From: a virus
Taxonomy: Duplodnaviria; Caudoviricetes
Reading direction: 5' to 3' (one strand)
IMG/VR virus record: IMGVR_UViG_3300017991_000109
Span: 22 to 64,021 of that record
Length of the DNA stretch: 64,000 bases
Shown: positions 40,096 through 49,398 of the stretch, in pieces
How positions within the stretch are numbered: the stretch's first letter is position 1
Layout of the letters: each line of letters begins with the position of its first letter
The notes under the pieces: generated by a model
Database searches by the model: none
What the model was told of the DNA's origin: nothing
Seen by the model: only the letters and a program-made list of their open reading frames with translations
Program-made: the position numbers and the translations under genes

Positions 40096-40927
40096 AGTCG
40101 GCTCTTAGCGGTAGCTCATTCGGATAGACGTGACCGCAATTTTCACATTCAATCTCTCCTGTAAACGAAATTCCACATTCCTTCTCAGTGATAGCATCTG
40201 ACAAGGCGACCATATCAACACCTTCGATAGCTTTCACATAATCTTCAGCTTCGAAAGGCGTATCAGGCATACCTCCATTGACAGAATGGATGTGACTCGC
40301 AATACGCGCAATTTCCTGCTCTTCAGTCACGTTAGTGGCACCGCTCTTCTCAAGAGTTGCAAAACGCTCGCCCAGAAGCCTTTCGCCTCCCAATGTAGGG
40401 AATTGGAGCTGAACAGCGTCTTTGATGTAGGGAAGCTCGACTGTGAAGAACTTATCATCGACCATAGAACCTCCACGTTTGGATACATTTTCAGGCGCGT
40501 TCACGTCCGAACCTTTCTTCGGCTTGATAGGATCATCTCCGTTGAACCAGATGTGGACAGGAAGTTCTTCTGGCACCGAGAAGGTGTGTTTTTCTTCGTG
40601 ACCACAAGCAGGGCACTTTGTAGTGAAGGTGTAGTGCTCTCCATAAGTCAAAGCCCTAGCGCATGCAAAGATAAAGTACGCATCAGCAACCAATAGCTGG
40701 TCTAGGTCGAAACCTTCGGGAAAGACAGTTACCTTCTCCAAAATGGCTTTCATCTTATCGTGCCACTTCCTGTTAGAAATGAGATAACCCTCTGTAACAA
40801 AGCTATAGGGTTTGATTGCCAGTTCTTTCGGGAGTGAATCCCCGTAAGTGTAACATCCAGATGGAAGTTTATGCACCTGCTCCCTAGCAGGAATCTTCAT
40901 CGAGTTCAAGTTTGATTCTAATGCCAT
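40073..40927 (-). CDS. baseplate hub / tail assembly chaperone (T4 gp26-like)
   Basis: KLPSG..Y; LLVADA..RALTYGEHY..CPACG; CENCG..LPLRADFFR ending. Confidence 0.85.
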   Translation of the reverse strand: MALESNLNSMKIPAREQVHKLPSGCYTYGDSLPKELAIKPYSFVTEGYLISNRKWHDKMKAILEKVTVFPEGFDLDQLLVADAYFIFACARALTYGEHYTFTTKCPACGHEEKHTFSVPEELPVHIWFNGDDPIKPKKGSDVNAPENVSKRGGSMVDDKFFTVELPYIKDAVQLQFPTLGGERLLGERFATLEKSGATNVTEEQEIARIASHIHSVNGGMPDTPFEAEDYVKAIEGVDMVALSDAITEKECGISFTGEIECENCGHVYPNELPLRADFFRRSRS

Positions 40928-40929
40928 AA

Positions 40930-41283
40930 TTATTTCTTTTGAAATTCTGTGTTTGTAAATTCAACTACTTTCTGAGCAAGTTCGGGACGCTCTCTCAAAA
41001 GTGTCCCGATATGGGCTAGTTTGAAGTCTGTTTCTTTTCTCTTTTCTCTGTCGGTTCTTTGTTCTTCCAATTCCTCTTGCCATTCTGACACGTCTACCGA
41101 GATTGCTACAGAATCCTCTAATCTCCAAAGTTTTAAATCCCATTCCTCCGCAGCGCCCCATCTTAAAGTAGCGTTTGTCCACTCTTCTTGAGCATACTTA
41201 AGGGCAGATTCATCGTCTGGAAAGGGTAGTATCCATCCAGACGTTGTTTGATTGTTAGAAACTAGTGCTAGAGCATAAATCAT
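40930..41283 (-). CDS. hypothetical protein
   Basis: 117 aa ORF in operon. Confidence 0.65.
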   Translation of the reverse strand: MIYALALVSNNQTTSGWILPFPDDESALKYAQEEWTNATLRWGAAEEWDLKLWRLEDSVAISVDVSEWQEELEEQRTDREKRKETDFKLAHIGTLLRERPELAQKVVEFTNTEFQKK

Positions 41284-41284
41284 T

Positions 41285-41557
41285 TCAATCTCCTACGAAC
41301 ACTTTTTCTGAGAGATTTGATACATTATGTCCACAATCTAGATCATCTCCTTCTCGGCACACACTTTGGTTCTCGCATTTTACGGTCCCACTTCCGCTTG
41401 TAAACTTCCCTATAATCAGATCATCAGTGTGAGGTGAAGTCATGGTCCCAACCACACACACCAACTCATTATTGATGTAGACTGACTGTTGAGGTGATGA
41501 TACAAACGTACCTCCCTCCTCACAAGCATCTTTATTCAGTTTCGCCGCTTTTTTCAT
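41285..41557 (-). CDS. PAAR spike-tip protein
   Basis: MKKAAKLND.C, SVYINN, PH, SGSGTV, VCREGD..CGH and VFVG motifs. Confidence 0.88.
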   Translation of the reverse strand: MKKAAKLNKDACEEGGTFVSSPQQSVYINNELVCVVGTMTSPHTDDLIIGKFTSGSGTVKCENQSVCREGDDLDCGHNVSNLSEKVFVGD

Positions 41558-42032
41558 GTTGGTAGAGATAGATAGAGATATTTTTACCCTTCTCAGGTTT
41601 ACAAGACACTTGAAGCTTGAATCCAAACTGTTTGATCTTACGATTCAGAAACTTCACGAAATCAGTGTCGTTTGTGCGAAGCTCTATGTCGTGTCCTGCT
41701 TCTAAAGCTTCGAGCATAGGCTTGGCTTCTAAAAATGATTTGTCTTCTTTAAGAACATTTGGGAGGGTCTCCCACACTGCGCGTGCTTTGTAGCCTGTGG
41801 TACCGAACGGATCAGGCGCATTGAATATCTGGCAAACATACTGGCGCTTGCAACCGATTCTACGAGCTATCTCAGCTTGTACACCTGTCTTGGCATACCT
41901 TAAGGAATCTAAAAGATCTAGGTAATATTCTCTCTCTTCCGAACTTGGCCAAGTTGGAACATCTGCTTTGGGAACACCTATAGGCGCTTTACCTTTAGTC
42001 TCCCCACCGAACAATTTAGAAAACACCTTCAC
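41532..42032 (-). CDS. HTH DNA-binding protein
   Basis: QAEIARRIGCKRQYVCQIFN HTH. Confidence 0.65.
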   Translation of the reverse strand: MKVFSKLFGGETKGKAPIGVPKADVPTWPSSEEREYYLDLLDSLRYAKTGVQAEIARRIGCKRQYVCQIFNAPDPFGTTGYKARAVWETLPNVLKEDKSFLEAKPMLEALEAGHDIELRTNDTDFVKFLNRKIKQFGFKLQVSCKPEKGKNISIYLYQHEKSGETE

Positions 42033-42172
42033 AAGTTACTGCATGAGATTGGATTGGTGTACAACTTGAGTCTTTGTACTCCAATCCAAATAGAACACCT
42101 GTCCAGTAGGTTTCTGACGATCTTTTTCTCTCTCCCAAGTGATATCAGTTTTCTAGGGGAAAGGGTGAAACA

Positions 42173-42415
42173 TTAAGCGAACTTTTTCAGGTTGCCCAAA
42201 ATCTCATGGATTTCTCCTGAGTGCATCCGTAAATCACGAGGCTCTAACTCCTTGTAATCAACGTCTTTGATTTTTTCAAACCTCTCAACAAATTCGTTAA
42301 AAATAAGTTGAAGTGCTTTTGGTTGGTCTGAAACATCGAGGGAAAGCAACGGGGTAAGTTCATCCAATTCTCTTTCAATCCGCTCAATCCTTCTATCTCT
42401 TGTAGTTGTTTCCAT
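42173..42415 (-). CDS. hypothetical protein
   Basis: 80 aa ORF. Confidence 0.6.
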   Translation of the reverse strand: METTTRDRRIERIERELDELTPLLSLDVSDQPKALQLIFNEFVERFEKIKDVDYKELEPRDLRMHSGEIHEILGNLKKFA

Positions 42416-42580
42416 GCCTTATATTCGCACATTGTGCAGTTATTACAAGTTCTTTTTTTTTTTTTCACTTTGTGCATTTTTCTTTATATTGGCGTATGAC
42501 ATAGCAGGAATTTATTCAGGATTACACTCATCAGCAGATCAAAGCGGCATTTCCGAAGATTAGTCTTTCCGCGCCGTGGC

Positions 42581-42790
42581 TCATCTCAATCGTTGTTGAA
42601 ATCGGTATTGCATGACCGACCACGGCCCACCTCCGGTATATTCTTTTTCTCCGTATGGATCGTTGTTTTCGTGCCAATCTCGATTTCTCTGGTCTGCCTC
42701 ATCTTCGGCGCGTGATCGCTCAAACATGTAATAGTCACTCCACTCGTATTCTCCGAGTTCGTCACTGTGTAGCAGGTATATAGCATCCAT
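42581..42790 (-). CDS. hypothetical protein
   Basis: 69 aa ORF with AGGAG RBS. Confidence 0.6.
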   Translation of the reverse strand: MDAIYLLHSDELGEYEWSDYYMFERSRAEDEADQRNRDWHENNDPYGEKEYTGGGPWSVMQYRFQQRLR

Positions 42791-42802
42791 ATCTCCTTTG
42801 GA

Positions 42803-45800
42803 TTAGAACGCATTTTTCTTAGCGTGCAACGCTTTTTTCAAGATCGGAAGATTATCATCGAAGGGCACTTTCCACCACTTCTCGTTAGACTTATCCACAC
42901 CTACGAGATTCGCAACAGCATTCTCCGACAGAAAATCATTAGCGACCTCCACCACGAGTTTATCGTCTGGATGATAAGATGAGGGTTCCTCGCACGAAGT
43001 AAAAGTGTCCTTGGCGTTGAGCCCAAACTCGGATTCCCCAATAATAGGAACTATCATCCAGCTAGGATCAAATCCTGGCAAGCAATTAGGCAACCATTCG
43101 GGCGCAAAATCCATGACATCCTTCATGATCTTGATCACGCGACTCACATCACTATCTAACGCGCAATCTACCCAAATAGAGTCATGCACCAAAGCAATTA
43201 CCTCTGCTTTGATACCAGCAGCATCAATACGTTTCTTGACCTCCCATCCAGCAAACACAGTAAGATCCGACGCTGAACTCTGAATTGGCGAATTTTGAGC
43301 CTTCCTCAGAGCAGCTTTAATTTCGGACTTCAAAAACCCGAAACTTCGCGATTTGTCGTAGTTCTCGATCCCCTCCATGTAACGTTGCCAAGACTTCAGC
43401 ACTGGCAAGGGTCTGACAAACCCAAAGGGACTGCAAACATGCTTTTTCAGGATACCCTGTGCATGGGCATTATTAACCCACTCAGCAACACCCTCGTAGA
43501 GGTCGTCGATCATCTGGTTTAGCAACTCACACTCCTGCAAAGTAATCTCCTCGCCCGTAAAAGGAGATTTGATGCCTCTACCTCGAAGCAGGAAAAGCAG
43601 ACCATAAGCTGTCTGACCATACAGCCGACCGAACAGAACGTTTTTACAGATACTCCGCTGGTTCTTGTTGTGTTTATCCGCCAGCTCACCGAAGAATTTA
43701 CGCTGGGTACGAAAGTGAGGGTCTCGACCGTTCAGGAAATCATCCACCAGACGCTCATCGCGGGATAAACATGCCAGCACTCGGACCTCCAAACCAGAAT
43801 AATCCCGCTGGATAATCCAGCCGCGTTTTGTTCTACCGGGATTATCAGTAAATCGGCTACAGTAGAGCTTTTTCACCAGACCATCACGGGGAAGCTGCTG
43901 AATATTCGGAGCTTTACAAGAAAGTCGCCCTGTCCTCGGATGCGCTGGTAAAAAATCGGCATGGACGAGATTTTCTGCTTTGATAAGTGAATCCTCTTCT
44001 GAAGCGAATGGTCTGATAAAGCCACTCAGAAACTTCTCAGTCGCTCTGTACTTCAAAAGCTTGTCTGCCAATTTACACTCTTGCCTCGAAGCCAAGCTCA
44101 CCAATGCCGCGTGATCAGTAGATGGATTGTCAGCATCAGTATAACCGGGAGGTTCTAACCCCATGAACTCATAAAACAGCATCTGAACCTGATTCGGAGA
44201 ACCCCAACTCATTGTAGGTCTGTACTGCACAAATTCCTCAGACATGAGGATATCCTTGTCACGATTCCAATCTAATGGAGGGGGAACTTCATCTTCCGCC
44301 ACTGGTTTACCATGTCGGACTGAGACCATGCGCTGAACAGGCTCTAAATGCTTCACCAACTTTCGGGCATTCTGAGAATCTGATTTGTAGCACCGAAGAA
44401 GCCACGTCCACTCGAACTGCTGGACGAGTGGATCTTCTCTCAAGTCTCGTTGCATCTCGGCAAGATCATTCTCATAAATCTCGCTCACCTTCCCCAGCAG
44501 TTCCTTGTCGATGTACTGCCCAACTTTGCCAAGGTGGTTACAGAGCTGATAGTGGATACGTCTTGCAAAGAAGTGGTATTGGAACAGTGAGTAAGTCGGC
44601 GCAGAGATGTTGTCTCCATCGCTAATTGGAAATTCACCTCCGAAGTCTTCTTCCGCTGCGTCTATCAGTTTCTTCAACACCTTCTCGTAGATCATCGAAA
44701 CTGTCTTGGTGTCATACGCAGCGTAAGGTATGACCAGATCGATCGGGTAATCTACGTAGTTGTAGCCTAAATCTGGGTTTTCCTCTCGGAACTTATCCAT
44801 GACCTTCCAATACTCTGGAAGCCATTGTAGTTCTCGCCGGATCAGATCGTTCAGCGTGCGCCCACCTTGCTGCTCAGCATTCAGAATGTAATCGATGATC
44901 CTCGTATCAGCCAGGAAACCCTTCACATTCCACTTGTAACGGCTGTAGACAGCTTTCTCATCGAAAGAGGTGTTGTGACCTATCTTTCGTATAGAAGGCT
45001 CTTCTAGGACCTTCTGAAGCTCTTTAAGGATATCCGCTTCCTCTTGCTCGAAGGATCTCTCAGCCTCAGGAGCGAACTTCTCGAAGGCTTCTTTCGCGTA
45101 TTTGTAGTCACTTGTAACCACAATCAGAGGCTTCTCTTGGAGAGGGCTGTCAAAAGAGAAAATACCAACCTTGAAATGAGCACCCCAGAGATAATCAACT
45201 GAGCATGTCTCTACATCCCAAGAAAGAGGATAGAGGTATCCCGTTTTTTCCCAAATAGGACGGAACCAATCCTTAACTCGATCAATCGTCAGCCCCCAAA
45301 CAAAATCCATCCAACCATCAACATCCACAAAGTCAAAGGACATAGGATTGTCGATCTTATGGAAAATAGTCTTCAGTTCTTGAATAAAGTCTGGCCAGCG
45401 AAGACGATCATCCTGACGCACATTCTCCTGATTGATAACTGGAAAGGTAGGGATACTAACTTCCTTCCCATCGAGATTAATATCGACCAAGTAGCGCTTT
45501 CCCTGCATGCTGTTCAAGGCTCCACTCCCTAAAACCATCTTACATGCGGCATGACTCCCCAGAATAAATGCAGAGGGTTTGACTGCTTTGATGTCTGGCC
45601 AGATAAAATTCCAACATTTCTGATACTGGGTGACAGAAAGCTTCTTCGGAGGAGCGATGACCTTGTTTCGTACCTTCGGGTTGTCTTGGTCAGGTATCTG
45701 TCTCTCGATGAGTGGACGGCACTTGGTTGCAGGGTGATACCAGACCCGATCGATCTGACCAACTTCGACAAGCCCATTAGCCACATCTCGAAATCCTCTT

Positions 45801-46045
45801 TCAGCCAAGATTCCCAAATCCTGATCGATTGTACGATCTGGGACTTCCCCAATGTAAACGATCCAACCCCCTTCAGGAGTAAACTCTGGTATCCCCATAA
45901 CCAGTTCACCCTCTTCGTTTAGATAAACACCTTGGGTGAAGTCGAATTCCAACGCTGTTGGATCGAGTTGAGGACTATGAAAGCAAAAGCCGCATTTCTG
46001 GCAAATCTCGTTAGATAACGAGGGTTTTAAAGTCTCAGGTGTCAT
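42803..46045 (-). CDS. polA: family A DNA polymerase with N-terminal UDG-like domain and 3'-5' exonuclease
   Basis: Exo motifs WDVET, GHNTSFD, YAAYD; TGRLSC..PNIQQLPR; motif A DYSGLEVR, B RSICKNVLFGRLYG, C VHDS; likely start MTPETL. Confidence 0.95.
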   Translation of the reverse strand: MTPETLKPSLSNEICQKCGFCFHSPQLDPTALEFDFTQGVYLNEEGELVMGIPEFTPEGGWIVYIGEVPDRTIDQDLGILAERGFRDVANGLVEVGQIDRVWYHPATKCRPLIERQIPDQDNPKVRNKVIAPPKKLSVTQYQKCWNFIWPDIKAVKPSAFILGSHAACKMVLGSGALNSMQGKRYLVDINLDGKEVSIPTFPVINQENVRQDDRLRWPDFIQELKTIFHKIDNPMSFDFVDVDGWMDFVWGLTIDRVKDWFRPIWEKTGYLYPLSWDVETCSVDYLWGAHFKVGIFSFDSPLQEKPLIVVTSDYKYAKEAFEKFAPEAERSFEQEEADILKELQKVLEEPSIRKIGHNTSFDEKAVYSRYKWNVKGFLADTRIIDYILNAEQQGGRTLNDLIRRELQWLPEYWKVMDKFREENPDLGYNYVDYPIDLVIPYAAYDTKTVSMIYEKVLKKLIDAAEEDFGGEFPISDGDNISAPTYSLFQYHFFARRIHYQLCNHLGKVGQYIDKELLGKVSEIYENDLAEMQRDLREDPLVQQFEWTWLLRCYKSDSQNARKLVKHLEPVQRMVSVRHGKPVAEDEVPPPLDWNRDKDILMSEEFVQYRPTMSWGSPNQVQMLFYEFMGLEPPGYTDADNPSTDHAALVSLASRQECKLADKLLKYRATEKFLSGFIRPFASEEDSLIKAENLVHADFLPAHPRTGRLSCKAPNIQQLPRDGLVKKLYCSRFTDNPGRTKRGWIIQRDYSGLEVRVLACLSRDERLVDDFLNGRDPHFRTQRKFFGELADKHNKNQRSICKNVLFGRLYGQTAYGLLFLLRGRGIKSPFTGEEITLQECELLNQMIDDLYEGVAEWVNNAHAQGILKKHVCSPFGFVRPLPVLKSWQRYMEGIENYDKSRSFGFLKSEIKAALRKAQNSPIQSSASDLTVFAGWEVKKRIDAAGIKAEVIALVHDSIWVDCALDSDVSRVIKIMKDVMDFAPEWLPNCLPGFDPSWMIVPIIGESEFGLNAKDTFTSCEEPSSYHPDDKLVVEVANDFLSENAVANLVGVDKSNEKWWKVPFDDNLPILKKALHAKKNAF

Positions 46046-46053
46046 TGGCTGGT

Positions 46054-46081
46054 AGGTTTCGACAGTCTGAGTAAAAATCAA
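46054..46081 (-). promoter_or_regulatory. candidate phage promoter TTGATT-N15-GAAACCT
   Basis: 8 nt upstream of the polA ATG at 46045. Confidence 0.5.
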
Positions 46082-46099
46082 GTTCAAAAATAACTGGAA

Positions 46100-46500
46100 A
46101 AATGTCACAAAAAACTGCTTGACAGATCGGGGTTTTGCCCCCACGCGTGTGTGCGCGTACGCGCGCGTACTTAAATTTAGTACCCTGGCGAACCTCGCTA
46201 ACTCGATAATCCGCGAAGGTAGCCTTCGCGGATTGAAGAGGAAGAGAAAGAGAAAAAGAAAACGTAGTTTTTTTTTACCCACGTAGTGGGCAAAGGACTA
46301 ATTAGTACTGATTATTATTAAGGGGCCCCTACCCCTATCTAATGCGCGCGAGGCGCAAGTTGGGACAACTGAAACAAACACTTCGTTCAAAAAAAGTTCG
46401 AAAAACTTCTACCAGACAATAGGGGGTATCCCCGGTGGGGGCGCGAGGTGTTCAAAATTACAAGTGTTCAAAATTATTAAAGCGTGCTAAAAACTTTGAA
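46100..46500. other. palindrome-rich non-coding region (candidate origin, pac site or structured RNA)
   Basis: 12-bp perfect stem 46208-46234; palindromes at 46157-46170, 46297-46306 and 46321-46330; 13-bp direct repeat at 46448/46464. Confidence 0.5.
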
Positions 46501-46554
46501 TGATTCTCCTTGACTTTTGTCAGATACTCATTAGTCTTACATCTAATTATCAAT

Positions 46555-47541
46555 ATGGATCACGATTTTGCTAACGAAGTGCAGTCTGTTATCAAAGCTA
46601 CTTTAGCTGGCTTATTAGGCTATGTGCCTGAGAAAGGTAGTTACAGACCAAGCGCTGAAACACAGGAAATGCTTTTAGATGTCTTTGAAAAAGATATGTC
46701 AGAGATACTTCGTTATTGTACAGATGCAGTAACTGCTCATATGTGCCGCCATAAAAGTCATACACCTCCTCCTTTTTTCATTAATAGACACCTTTTCTCA
46801 GAGGGCATCATGGAAGATGTGATGAATCGAAGAGCTACGCTTTCAACAGAGCGTGCAGACGGTTCGTCTCTGGGTTTCAGTTTCGCGGAGCAGGTTAAGA
46901 GTCAGATCCGACATACCGAGTATGAATATCTGACTTTGGCATCCGAATACTACTATCGGGATATGCCTTTTGATTGGTCAGTTGTCATCCCTTCACTTTA
47001 TTGGCATGTTCTTATCGCAGTTGGGATTAAAGAATTTCCTTGCAACCGGATGCCCCCCGGAATGGAGATTCCTCAAATCTGGTACATCAACACTCCTCTA
47101 ACCAATGGCGTTTATGAAGACGTTGAACCTGCCGTATCTCGTGTCCGGTCAAATCTGAAAGACAAAGATGTGCGTATGGTCTTCGTCACGGCTGCTCGTG
47201 AAGCAATTTACGAAGCGACTCGTCAGTGGGCATCGACTCAGCAGCTTATTGTTCTGTACAAAGATGGGAATAGGCAAATCTCAATCAGTCCAGAATTTAG
47301 CAAACTCAAAGCTCCTGAGTTGGAGGTCACTACTCCTCTAGCAGAGCGCGATGAGCGTCTTTTTTCTCGTGCTAAAGAGGAGTTGACTCAGATGGGGAAA
47401 ACTTTTCCGCCATTGACTTTCGAGCGAACTGTCAAACCTGAAGATTTAGACGCTCATTTACCCGAAGACGGTATTTATGAGCAACACGGTAATTTTGATG
47501 CAATGCTGGCAACTCTAGCAGATGACAAACTTGATGACTGA
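46555..47541 (+). CDS. hypothetical protein
   Basis: Long ORF; likely start MDHDFA. Confidence 0.75.
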   Translation: MDHDFANEVQSVIKATLAGLLGYVPEKGSYRPSAETQEMLLDVFEKDMSEILRYCTDAVTAHMCRHKSHTPPPFFINRHLFSEGIMEDVMNRRATLSTERADGSSLGFSFAEQVKSQIRHTEYEYLTLASEYYYRDMPFDWSVVIPSLYWHVLIAVGIKEFPCNRMPPGMEIPQIWYINTPLTNGVYEDVEPAVSRVRSNLKDKDVRMVFVTAAREAIYEATRQWASTQQLIVLYKDGNRQISISPEFSKLKAPELEVTTPLAERDERLFSRAKEELTQMGKTFPPLTFERTVKPEDLDAHLPEDGIYEQHGNFDAMLATLADDKLDD

Positions 47542-47792
47542 TGAATTTGGAATCAACACCTTACTCTCTGGGAGGACTACGCGTTGTCCTCTCGGAGACG
47601 TTTTGTGTTGAAAACGTGGAATTTCCCCGTCCATGGTGTCAACGCCTTTTCTGGAAGCCCTGGAAATCTCATCGTGTTGAACTACATCCTAAACGAGGTG
47701 CTTTCAAGTTCGGAAATACCTTAATTTTCCATCCAGACGTGTATGCTCAGTTGAAAGCTGAGAACCGTCTCGAAGATTTGGAAGAAGCTTGA
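47541..47792 (+). CDS. hypothetical protein
   Basis: 83 aa, TGATG coupling. Confidence 0.65.
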   Translation: MNLESTPYSLGGLRVVLSETFCVENVEFPRPWCQRLFWKPWKSHRVELHPKRGAFKFGNTLIFHPDVYAQLKAENRLEDLEEA

Positions 47793-47813
47793 TGTTTGTT
47801 GCTATATATCTCT

Positions 47814-48350
47814 ATGAGATACGGCAAAACTCTTTTTTTACTCGAACACTCCTTGACCGAAGGGGAAGATTACTATGAAGAGTTGAAAAAGCTTGCTAAG
47901 GGTGACATCAGTGTTCTGAAGAACCTGATCAATCTTCACAAGCTTTATTCTGGCGATGATCCTCAACTGACTTCAAAAGAAGCTGACTTGGCGATCGGGA
48001 TTCTACTTCAAAAGCTTTACCAGAAAAATCCACGTGCAGCCCATTATCTTGGGAAGCTGAATTGGGAAGCTGAATTGGTCAATTGGGTTGGCTTTTTGGA
48101 TCAGATCGGAGACCAAACACTAGCTCAGTATCTCGGTATCAACAGCACTGAGGAAATCCCGATTGGACAGGCTTCTGGAATTGGAGATGAGATGGGGCTG
48201 GATGATGATCCAGAGCAAAGCGATTTGGAAGCTGCCATTATGGACGATGAAGGTAGCTATGGGATGGATGAACCTGAACCTCCCGAAGAAGAGGTGCCTC
48301 ACGACATCGACGTAGACGCTGATGAATTGGCCGCAGCCCTTCGAGACTGA
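47814..48350 (+). CDS. acidic putative prohead core / internal protein
   Basis: N-terminal LFLLEHSLTE; highly acidic C-terminus. Confidence 0.55.
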   Translation: MRYGKTLFLLEHSLTEGEDYYEELKKLAKGDISVLKNLINLHKLYSGDDPQLTSKEADLAIGILLQKLYQKNPRAAHYLGKLNWEAELVNWVGFLDQIGDQTLAQYLGINSTEEIPIGQASGIGDEMGLDDDPEQSDLEAAIMDDEGSYGMDEPEPPEEEVPHDIDVDADELAAALRD

Positions 48351-48499
48351 TGAGCAATTCGGACCTCCACAGTATTCAAGATGCGCTGGAACAACTCAGC
48401 ATCAGATTGGGGACGACAATGGAGGAACTGACCGAACGCTTTGAAGATCTTATGGAGCCCGACGATTACCAGAGTTTGTTGGCGATACTGGTCGATTAA
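48350..48499 (+). CDS. small hypothetical protein (49 aa)
   Basis: Hand-translated MSNSDLHSIQDALEQLSIRLG...; TGATG coupling. Confidence 0.55.
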   Translation: MSNSDLHSIQDALEQLSIRLGTTMEELTERFEDLMEPDDYQSLLAILVD

Positions 48500-48516
48500 A
48501 AAGTGTCAAAAAGTAG

Positions 48517-48544
48517 TTGACAAATTTCATAACGGGTGAAACCT
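48517..48544 (+). promoter_or_regulatory. candidate phage promoter TTGACA-N15-GAAACCT
   Basis: 6 nt upstream of the ATG at 48551. Confidence 0.55.
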
Positions 48545-48550
48545 CGTGAG

Positions 48551-48871
48551 ATGAAAGCTCAAATTACTCCAAAAACCAGAAATCGCATTACTGTCCCTAC
48601 TGATCTCGTCGCAGAACTCTTTGAAGTAGACCAAGCTTGGCAAGCTGGAGGCGATCAAGTCACTATCTATTGTACGAAGAGAAGTCCTAACAAACTTTTC
48701 GTAGTTCCATCCAGTAGCGTTCTACCTAAAGGTGCAACTCCTGTTTTGGAATCAACTGTTGACCTTTATGGGAATATCACATTTGGCGTTAACAAGTTCG
48801 TTAGGTCAGAAATCATTAATCCCGGTCCAGTAACCGCAACATATCAGAAAGGTAAAATCGCAATCTCATGA
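48551..48871 (+). CDS. AbrB/MraZ-like swapped-hairpin DNA-binding protein
   Basis: Two half-repeats, RNRITVPTDL and TVDLYGNITF. Confidence 0.45.
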   Translation: MKAQITPKTRNRITVPTDLVAELFEVDQAWQAGGDQVTIYCTKRSPNKLFVVPSSSVLPKGATPVLESTVDLYGNITFGVNKFVRSEIINPGPVTATYQKGKIAIS

Positions 48872-49317
48872 GCACACTCACCGTAGACGAAATCGAAGCA
48901 GCACTCGAAGAACTTCGAGACAACTCGGAGGAATACACCGAATTTTTTGATCTCCTCAAGAATCCCAGTGGACGTAGAAATCTACCTGCTATCATCAAGG
49001 AAGGAATCGGAGCTTTTAACGAAGCCAAAAAAGATTACGCCATGGTAGCACCAGTAGTAACTGACGCTACTAATGCACTTAGGCAAGGTATCGGGACTTC
49101 TGAATTCAAAGCTGCTAGTGCCGTAACCAAAGTCTTGACCGTGATAGGTGCCGCAGCACCTCTTCTTGAGGTTCTCCAATCTCTTCTAGCAAATTCTACC
49201 TTGTTTGATGGTAACAGTCTCTGGGTAACCATTGCCTCTCTTATTCTGAAGGCATTGATTGCCATGAAATACTCAGACGATCGAACAAAACTTAAGCGCG
49301 AAGCTGTTGCTAAATAA
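48868..49317 (+). CDS. membrane protein, holin-like
   Basis: Two C-terminal hydrophobic helices after GTSEF; basic C-terminus. Confidence 0.5.
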   Translation: MSTLTVDEIEAALEELRDNSEEYTEFFDLLKNPSGRRNLPAIIKEGIGAFNEAKKDYAMVAPVVTDATNALRQGIGTSEFKAASAVTKVLTVIGAAAPLLEVLQSLLANSTLFDGNSLWVTIASLILKALIAMKYSDDRTKLKREAVAK

Positions 49318-49339
49318 TTTCGCCTCTTGGTGTGTCATA

Positions 49340-49383
49340 GTGGTGTGGGGTTTTCGGTTTGCCCCACACCACATCTCTTTTTT
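49340..49383 (+). terminator. rho-independent terminator
   Basis: GTGGTGTGGGG/CCCCACACCAC stem followed by a T-rich run. Confidence 0.7.
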
Positions 49384-49398
49384 ATGAAAAATCCTAAT

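Noticed and set aside
46046-46282. N-terminal extension of polA in the track (MGKKKLRFLFLFL...)
   Set aside because: Translates low-complexity palindromic DNA; the promoter motif supports the ATG at 46045.
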